This document shows positions 50,937-64,000 of a stretch of 64,000 nucleotides of DNA, piece after piece. Origin of the DNA: Styela clava (Eukaryota); contig NC_135258.1 in assembly GCF_964204865.1 (NCBI RefSeq), positions 11,718,001 through 11,782,000 of the forward strand. The letters run 5' to 3'. Each line of letters starts with the position of its first letter. The first letter of the stretch is position 1. The notes below the pieces were generated by a model. The model had not been told where the DNA came from, ran no database searches, and was given only the letters and a program-made list of their open reading frames with translations. The translations under genes and the position numbers were made by a program.

Positions 50937-53291
50937 ATGATTAAAAGATGGAATCACTTGGTGCAACTTTCAGTCATTGTATTTTTGACATTCATCCATT
51001 TCATTCTGGGAACTAGTAATTATAGTACACATACATGGAACATAAAGATAAAATATTATGACGATAACCATTCACACAAGAAGCATTTTGATGAACTTGC
51101 GAATGGCATTGCTGACGAACTCGGCGTATTTAATAAGGGACAGATCGGAGAGTTGACAGGCTTTTATCTTTTTGAATCAGATACGAATAATCATGACCAT
51201 TTATTGAAGCTTTTTGATAACCATAAACACATAGAGTGGCATAGTAAAGAAGTTGATTTGAAGCGAACGAAACGTTCGCATATTAATGTGCCAAATTTAT
51301 TGCACTTCAATGATCCATTGTATAATGAACAATGGCATTTAAAAAATCTTATTGGATATGACTGTAATGTTACTGGAGTCTGGGCTCGTAACATCACTGG
51401 AAAAGGGATTGTCGTGGCTGTAGTAGATGATGGCGTGGAATGGCGACATCCAGATTTAAAAGACAATTACTGTAAAGAAGGAAGTTTTGATTTAAATTCT
51501 AACGACGATGATCCCTCGCCTGTTTATGATGAAGAAGAAGAAAATAAACACGGTACAAGGTGTGCGGGTGAAATTGCCGCAGTTCCAAATTCAGTTTGTG
51601 GTGTTGGAATTGCATTCGGTTCAAAATTTAGCGGAATCAGGGTTCTGGATGGTACAACTACAGATTCGTCAGAGGCAACTGCTTTTAACAAACATATGGA
51701 TGTAAATGATATTTACAGTTGTTCATGGGGCCCGGAAGATGATGGCAAAACTGTTGATGGTCCTCATGATTTGGGTCGTATGGCACTACAACATGGTGTT
51801 GTCGCAGGAAGGGATGGATTTGGTTCAATATTTGTCGTGGCAAGTGGCAATGGTGGTCTTAAGGGAGACAACTGTAATTATGATGGATATGCAAGCTCAA
51901 TTTATACAATTACAATCGGTGCTATTGATGAAATGGGCAATAAACCATCATATGCGGAAGAGTGTGCTTCTATGCTAGCTTGTTCTGTCAGCTCTGGTTC
52001 TGGTTTATTAATAAGAGACATTGTAACAACAGACTGGTCACTTCCACCTGGTAATTCAGCTGATCAATGTACGCATAGTCATACTGGAACATCTGCAGCT
52101 ACGCCATTAGCAGCTGGAATGGTTGCACTGATGTTGGAAGCAAGACCTTGTCTTACTTGGAGAGATATACAACATATTATGGTAATGACTGCTGTTGAAG
52201 TTGACCATGCAACCGCATGGACTCAAAATAAAGCTGGATTTCGACATAGTAATATCCACGGCTTTGGTCTTCTAGATGCGTGGCGTTTAGTAAATGCCGC
52301 CAAAGTGTGGAAATCTGTGCCATGGTTTACGTCGCTTACTGCCGATACGAGCCATGATAAAAATTTAGCTATTTCTATGGATAGACATGAATCCTTGATT
52401 TTGCACACTGAAGTTACAACTGAGAACTGTAAAAATAATATGTTATCAACATTAGAGTATATTTTATTCACTGTCACTGTAACCCACCATACCAGAGGGA
52501 ACCTGAAGTTTATTTTGCTTTGTCCATCAGGAACTAGATCGGAGGTTCCAACTCGACGGTCCGATACATCAGATAAGGGACTCACCGATTGGAGTTTTTC
52601 AACAGTAAAATGCTGGGGCGAAAATCCAGCTGGGAAATATACATTGAAAGTCATAGACACAAGTAGGAAATTACCACAAGGGGAAAGTTTGGGGGTCTTA
52701 AAAAGCTGGAAATTAACTTTGTACGGATCAAGTTGGACTGCAGATGAAATGAAAAAACGAAAAACATATATTGAATCTGTTATGGATGGTAGTTATCTTG
52801 ATAATTTCAGTCTTCCTTGCCCTCCTGGTACACCTTTAGAATTCGATGTCACATCCGCACTTTCTGATCGCACCATTAAACTTGTAACAATGATATCTTG
52901 CTTTTTATTGTTTTGGGGAGTATATTACACAATTGAAATGGCATTTTGTAATGCAGAAGACAAAGAGGAGAAAGAAAATGATATTGAAAATGATCAAACT
53001 GATGCTGAGCGGATTGAAACACCTCAAAATGGATATGGTACATCTACCGAGAGTGTGCAACTTTTTCCTAATTCTACCTTCATAGGTACAAATGAAGATG
53101 TAGCAATGCTTGATATCGAAGAAGATACTCAAATAAATAACGGCGATCCTGGTACACAAAAAGAAGCTGAATTGAATGCTGCAATGACCATTTCTAATAC
53201 TGATTCATTTCTTTCTGCTGAATTAGAAGTCAATTCACAAATTAATGATGAAAATATTGTAATTGACAATTCAATTGAAGATGTTACGTAG
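50937..53291 (+). CDS. PCSK7: Proprotein convertase subtilisin/kexin type 7 (PC7)-like, 784 aa, uninterrupted ORF
   Basis: Signal peptide; prodomain ending RTKR; S8 catalytic residues in VDDG, HGTRCAGE, ASGNGG and GTSAA; P-domain; TM helix (LVTMISCFLLFWGVYYTI); acidic tail. YSCSWGPEDDGKTVDGPH, YAEECASML and RGN in place of RGD favour PC7 over furin/PC5. Confidence 0.9.
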   Translation: MIKRWNHLVQLSVIVFLTFIHFILGTSNYSTHTWNIKIKYYDDNHSHKKHFDELANGIADELGVFNKGQIGELTGFYLFESDTNNHDHLLKLFDNHKHIEWHSKEVDLKRTKRSHINVPNLLHFNDPLYNEQWHLKNLIGYDCNVTGVWARNITGKGIVVAVVDDGVEWRHPDLKDNYCKEGSFDLNSNDDDPSPVYDEEEENKHGTRCAGEIAAVPNSVCGVGIAFGSKFSGIRVLDGTTTDSSEATAFNKHMDVNDIYSCSWGPEDDGKTVDGPHDLGRMALQHGVVAGRDGFGSIFVVASGNGGLKGDNCNYDGYASSIYTITIGAIDEMGNKPSYAEECASMLACSVSSGSGLLIRDIVTTDWSLPPGNSADQCTHSHTGTSAATPLAAGMVALMLEARPCLTWRDIQHIMVMTAVEVDHATAWTQNKAGFRHSNIHGFGLLDAWRLVNAAKVWKSVPWFTSLTADTSHDKNLAISMDRHESLILHTEVTTENCKNNMLSTLEYILFTVTVTHHTRGNLKFILLCPSGTRSEVPTRRSDTSDKGLTDWSFSTVKCWGENPAGKYTLKVIDTSRKLPQGESLGVLKSWKLTLYGSSWTADEMKKRKTYIESVMDGSYLDNFSLPCPPGTPLEFDVTSALSDRTIKLVTMISCFLLFWGVYYTIEMAFCNAEDKEEKENDIENDQTDAERIETPQNGYGTSTESVQLFPNSTFIGTNEDVAMLDIEEDTQINNGDPGTQKEAELNAAMTISNTDSFLSAELEVNSQINDENIVIDNSIEDVT

Positions 53292-54716
53292 TACTTTTAA
53301 AAAAAAAATGATTGTGAAATTAACACTTCATCTACTCCTAACACTGAATCATTCTTTTCTGGCGAATGGGACAGAAGCATGTTAACAATTTATTACTACA
53401 ATTTGATTTTTAACAAAGATGTTGCATGAGTTGATGATATTGTTTGCAGCAAGAGTTTTTATAACCCGAACGTCCCGAAGTATAACAAATGTCAGTATTT
53501 TGTATGGAAAAGAAACATACTGCGCCGAAAATTTGTTATTAGTCTAGTCTGTTATTAACAGCCGACATATCCAATATGCTGCAATTAGATTAGAAGATGA
53601 TCGTTTGGTATTATTTTTCGCATGCGTAAGATATATTTATATATGAATAGTTTTGCACTTATGGTTGAATCTTTTTAATTTTTTTATGTGAAGCTTGTTC
53701 ACACCAAACAGCCACTATATATTTAAAAAGACCAGTCTTTCTTGTTCGGTATTGCCTACCCAATTTATTACACTACACATTGTGTGAGGTGGGGATATGG
53801 CATTTGTAGCATGCAATACCAGCACAGTCAAGAATGCATTTTATTGCCCTAATACATTTCTGAGCCCTGTGCTACATCACTGTTGAAAGTTTGTTTGCTG
53901 TGGTAGAGACACCATTCTTGTGCCAAATTGCACACTTTTGTGCTGTGACGCAAATTACTTATGTAAAACTGCCCCTCTTATTATTTGATTTTATCCTGGT
54001 GCAATTGTATCTACTTAATGCAATAAACAAATCATGTTATATACCAACTCATTTACAAATTTTATTTAACAATCTAGAAAAAAACTGGCAGTGTACGGAA
54101 GATATGGCATGATCAGGACACAGATCGTCTGCAAAAAAGTTAAATGTGAAAGTTTTAGATAAACCAGTGGATTTTATTACTATATCCACATCACAATACT
54201 ACTAGGTGTGAAGAGGCACAGCTAAGACAAAATGGTTTTTCTCCAATTTAGAAACGCTTTGTTATTTTTCACACTATGTTAGAGGGCATACTACTCGGTA
54301 AACATTGCCCTGGATCAAAATTTAAGCCAAGATGACATTTTGACCAATTTGAGAAGGTGAAGCAAGTTGCGTGTAAATAGTCTGAAAATGTGTCCTACCA
54401 TACTAGTAAAAGAGCAGACATTTCAAACAAGATAACAAATTTTACTGGAAAGATACATAATTTAAGAACTAGTATTTGTGTGGCGAATTTCTTTACATTT
54501 ATACACCACTGAATCATGATTGTGTGAATAAATAAGGAACCTGAGAAATAATCCTAAAACAATTCTATCGTCATTTATTATTCGTCACTCCCTAGTAAGG
54601 CTCAATAGATCAGTTTCCTTTTACTAACTTCATTTCTGCCTCATCTCTGCAATTTTCTTGCAATGTACAAATGAGAAGTGGACTAGTCCTCTACACAATA
54701 TTTGCATGTTTAGTTC

Positions 54717-59991
<5,275 letters not shown>

Positions 59992-61377
59992 CTTGATAAG
60001 AAATAGAGGGGTAAAGAGAAAGATCGACTATGGGACTGAACCATGATCAAACTTGGGACCCCCATATAAACCAAAGAAATTTAATCTAACTTAACCTAAA
60101 ACAAATGCTCTATTAATAAAGTATTATTTCTAGAAGAATCTAATTAAAATGGCTGATGGACAACTCGACTACACGGACAACTCACCAGAAACAACTCGAC
60201 TACAGAGAGGCCTGGTGAGTTGTCCGTCTTTACGCATTTCCTAAGGCGGTGTTTTAGGTCTATAGAAATGCGTTTTTGATATTTTTAGTGCTCAAATGTT
60301 GAGAAGAATACATAAATGTTCTCTAGAAAGCATTTTTATTTGTGTAAGTGGCTTATTTTTCTCATGTTGTATGAATACAAACACAGTCTACAGACAAAAT
60401 TGGAGTAACATTAGCGAAGTAAGACTGTTGACTTGTACGACTGCGTGCGTTTAAATTTTTTAAGTCCATTGTTAATAAATGTTTTGAATGAGCACCTTTA
60501 AGCATAATAAAACCTTTATACATCACAGTAACACTTATTTATTTATGAAGGTGAGCTTAATAGTCTATGGTCGCAGTAGTCTAAACTCGCCTACGGCAGT
60601 CGCTCTGCGATATCGATGCTCAGGTTTCAGTCATAGAGTTGGAATTGCTTTTTTGCAGAAGAAAACCAGGAACAGATAGGCACTGTCGCTGGCCTGGCAA
60701 AGAAACTGGGCCGGAGAACGGATAAGGTATACAAATCGGTGATATCCATGCACAGAGATTAGATAGGGTGCCAAGATCAGCGATAATGACGGCCTGACAC
60801 CTTACAAACGAATACTCAGAAACCGAGGTCGTTTTCATCACAGTTTTATACTGACACGAGTACGATTAACGATATAATAACTCTACAAAAACTACTCAAG
60901 AATTTCAAGATGGAAACTCCAAATATGTGCAAGAGATGTGACGACAATGTTTCCATGAATCAGGAGGGACTAATCTGTGACGTCTGTCGAAATTGGTTCC
61001 ATCGCAAATGTTTCAATAATTCAGATGTGGCAATGACGAGGGAACAGTGCAGACTATTAAAAAAACAGGAGGTTATGTTTGAGTAGGAGTGCCTTGACTG
61101 CTTCCAGGCCCAGGACATTCACCATGACTCCAACCCAGTTGTTCCATCCCAGCAGATGGAACCTAGAAGCCGTCGACTGGTAGATTACTCGGAAATCAGC
61201 CCAATACCTAGGGTGAGTTGTCTTTTTTTTTTATCGATTATTTGTCAACCTATCTAGGCTAGAATAAACTAACATTTTTAATATATTACACTGGACAACG
61301 ACGCATTCCCAGATATTCCGTCAGTGGTTAATGTATCGTCAATCGAGGCTACTGATCCAAGATAATTGTTGATCCAA

Positions 61378-61785
61378 AGAGTCGAAGAAATGGGACAATA
61401 GCCTTCTTAGATGTCCAGATACAGAGAGAAGAAATGGAGAATTGAAGACTGATATATTTAGGAAAATCATCGTAAATCAAGAGAAGAATTCGATGAATGA
61501 CAAAGAAACCACACTTTTCCCGCCTGTGTATAAATCATTGTTTAAATAGTCCCCTTTTTGTTTGAACTTGCGCTAATTTGTTTTTTATATATATCATCTT
61601 ATCATCATCCTTTTAGATTAGAGTTGACGCCATGATATTTTTTTCATATTTTTCCTTTTTTCTTTTTCTTGCTCATATCAACTTGTGTCCTTTCCATATC
61701 ATGCCCTGATGAAGTTTTTCTGTATAGAAATTCGAAACGTCGGCAAATTACATCATTTCGCTAACACCGGTTGTGCTTCTCACCA
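61378..61785 (+). mobile_element. Internally deleted Penelope-like retroelement fragment inserted in the MULE
   Basis: Frameshifted RT segment EENGTIAFLDVQIQRE..GELKTDIFRK joined to a PLE-like ORF end (NSMNDKETTLFPPVYKSLFK*), then a T-rich 3' region with a hammerhead motif. Boundaries approximate. Confidence 0.7.
61702..61745 (+). ncRNA. Minimal type I hammerhead ribozyme (Penelope-associated)
   Basis: TGCC-CTGATGA-AGTTTTTCTGTATAGAAATTC-GAAAC-GTC-GGCA: stem I TGCC/GGCA, cores CUGAUGA and GAAA, stem II TTTCT/AGAAA, GUC cleavage triplet, minimal stem III. Confidence 0.75.
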
Positions 61786-64000
61786 TCAAGGACGCCATCA
61801 GCCAAAGAGGTAAAGCGAAGCTTTACGAGAGGGATGGCATACTCATACACAGTTTATCGCACCAACGCGAATGGAACTGGTCCATCCGTATTAATTACAC
61901 AGTGTTCCATTTTCTATCATCCCATTTCTAATACCTAACAATTTTATTTTGCATTTGCCTGGAGATGCTCCGTAAGGCGGAAAGGGAACGTTTGCCCGGC
62001 AAACATCCTGCAAAAGGACGAAGATTTCATCAGAAAGGAAGCGCCCCATTCACATAGCCCTGTGGTCGGCGAGTGACAACATGGAAAACTGAAAAGATTG
62101 GTGGGGGAACGAGGGTTAGAGAATCCCTACACAGCTTGTGGGATTGTGGCTAAAATGGCACGCAAAGAGATCGCAGCAGGTAGATTGCAGATTGGCGCAG
62201 TAAAGGTGAGTTACTTGACTCTGTGCATTTATAGTAGTTATAGAGATTGTGCAACATGAAGCGACAAAACAACAGACCGTCAGACCCAAGTACAATCAAG
62301 GAGCCTGCAACATCAACACATTCCCAAAGATTTTTTAATTGACGATGCAATAGTCAAAGGCGCACGTCACACAATCTTTTCAACGAGGAAACAGCTGTCA
62401 CTTCTGTCGAAAGCAAACATCTGGTTCATGGATGGGACATTTGATGTGGTTAAAGACTCCTTCATCAGGAGCGGTGGATGCTCAAAGCAGATTCTGTGGG
62501 TCTTTGTCCTCATGTCCCGGCGCCGGAAAATAGACTACATTCACATCTTCAATGTACTCAACAACTTACACATCCTTTCGTTTTCAGGTGCACATGTGAA
62601 GAGGTTTGTGCTGGACTTCGAAGCCGCAACGTGGCAAAGCACTTTCTTCAGTATGGCCGGACGTTGAAAAGCAGGGCTGCTCTTTCCACTTCACCCAGGC
62701 CATAATGAAGAATGTGCGCCACAATACATTTGGCTCGCCTATACAACAAGTGAGTGGTTAAAATATGGTTATATATGTCTTTGTACATCTTTCACTTCTT
62801 TTGATTTAATATGTTTTTATTTTGTCTCAGGGACGCGTGAACAAGAGATCTGATCAAGCATGTCATGGCGCTCTGCTACATACCAGCTATGTTTATTTTG
62901 TCCAGATTCAAATTCCCGAAAAAGAAGATGCAAACTCAATTTCTCAAGAACTTCGCCGAATTATTTGAGAAAACATGGCTATTCAACAGTGTCTGGACTA
63001 CCAAGGATTCGTCAGTATTTGACGGGGAAATAAGAACAAACAATCATTTGGAAAGTTGGCACTGCCATTCCAACAGTATAACTCGAAAAAATATGCCTTT
63101 TTACAGTCTCATCACAACAATGTACGATGTAAGTATCGGGATAGAGGCGGACCTTGTGGACATTTTGGAACAAAATGTTGCGAGGCGTGTCAACGGCAGG
63201 TATGCGGAAGCCAACGAGAGGGTGCAATATGTCTGGGAACAGTTTAAGGACGGAGAGTTATCTGTGGACTCTCTTCTTCATAGGTGTTCTAGGATCTACG
63301 CGCCGCAGTATTGCAAAGAGTAAGTATGTGACGCAACAAATTTCCCTATGACGTTTAGTATTCAAATAAAATTCATTGTTCGTAACGAAAAAGAAAACAA
63401 AATCTTTCATCCATTAAATTTCCCCATAACGTTTAGTATTCAAATTTCATATTAAATTCATTAATCATTACAAAAAATTATTCATCCATTCTTCGGCCTA
63501 GTTTCTTTGCCAGGCGCAGTTGTAAACTCGGCGATACCCGAGCAGGAATCCCGGCGCGCTGCTTCTTTATCACCGATCTGACACCTTATCTAATCTCCGT
63601 GCATGGATATCACCGATTTGTATACCTATCCATTCTTCGGCCCAGTTTTTTTGCCAGGCGCAGCAACAGTGCCTATCTGTTCCTGGTTTTCTTCTGCAAA
63701 AAAGAAATTCCAACTCTATGAAACCTTGTCGTGGCGAGTTGGCTCAAAACTAATATCAGTCGGCACTAAGTAAATGCTATACAAGTAGAACTCTTGGGCA
63801 TGCGTTTTGCAAAGCAATCGCTCTGTAGTTGTCTTCTCCTGGAGCATCGATATCGCAGAGCGATTGTTACTGGCGAGTTGTTTGCCTCTCGTTGCTCTGT
63901 AGTCGAGTTGTCTTCACCTCGAGCACCGATGACATCACGTCGCAGAGCGGTAGCTCGACTGGTTAGTTGACTGCCTGCCGAGCGACTGCCGTAAGCGAGT

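Larger units (their letters stand above)
60910..63323 (+). pseudogene. PHD-FLYWCH-MULE DDE transposase pseudogene
   Basis: PHD: METPNMCKRC...LICDVCRNWFHRKCF...FE*ECLDC. FLYWCH: SQRGKAKL...YSYT and WRCSVRRKGNVCPA...HSH (~61790-62060). Catalytic core: WFMDGTF (~62428), FVLMSRR, VLDFEAA, GCSFHFTQA, MALCYIP, RTNNHLESWH. Stops, frameshifts and an insertion disrupt it. Confidence 0.9.
60151..64000 (+). mobile_element. Decayed Mutator-like (MULE, Phantom-type) transposon in an MCM6 intron; right end beyond the window
   Basis: Left end GGCTGATGGACAACTCGACTAC with repeated ACAACTCG motifs. ~60630-60790 is the reverse complement of ~63570-63722, and 60584-60604 pairs with 63980-64000. Transposase remnants lie inside. 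Confidence 0.88.

Noticed and set aside
51191-53159. Antisense and alternative-frame ORFs in PCSK7 (likewise in RBSN, ELAC1 and the MULE)
   Set aside because: Shadows of real coding sequence.

Overview
AT-rich, intron-rich eukaryotic (animal) genomic DNA. The compact gene spacing and chordate-like proteins suggest an invertebrate chordate such as an ascidian, but this is inference only. Six protein-coding genes were reconstructed by reading splice sites and translating exons: IARS1 (-, runs off the left edge), TAF8 (-), ELAC1/RNase Z short form (+), rabenosyn-5 RBSN (-), PCSK7 (+, intronless CDS) and MCM6 (-, runs off the right edge). The most striking structure is a 12.9-kb foldback DNA transposon (21335-34242, 8-bp TSD AATGTGTC) inserted between the head-to-head TAF8 and ELAC1 genes. 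It contains a related 3.9-kb foldback element (21701-25638, TSD ACCGGTAC). Both have the same asymmetric termini and homologous ~35-bp tandem arrays, and the inner one carries a pseudogenised PHD-finger + SprT-like (HExxH) metalloprotease fusion. An MCM6 intron holds a decayed PHD-FLYWCH-MULE transposon, itself interrupted by a Penelope-like retroelement fragment with a hammerhead ribozyme. Merlin-type and hAT-type MITEs, Helentron-type HINEs and tRNA-like SINEs are scattered through the introns. Exon coordinates were read by eye and may be off by a few bases; comparisons with human proteins are from memory.
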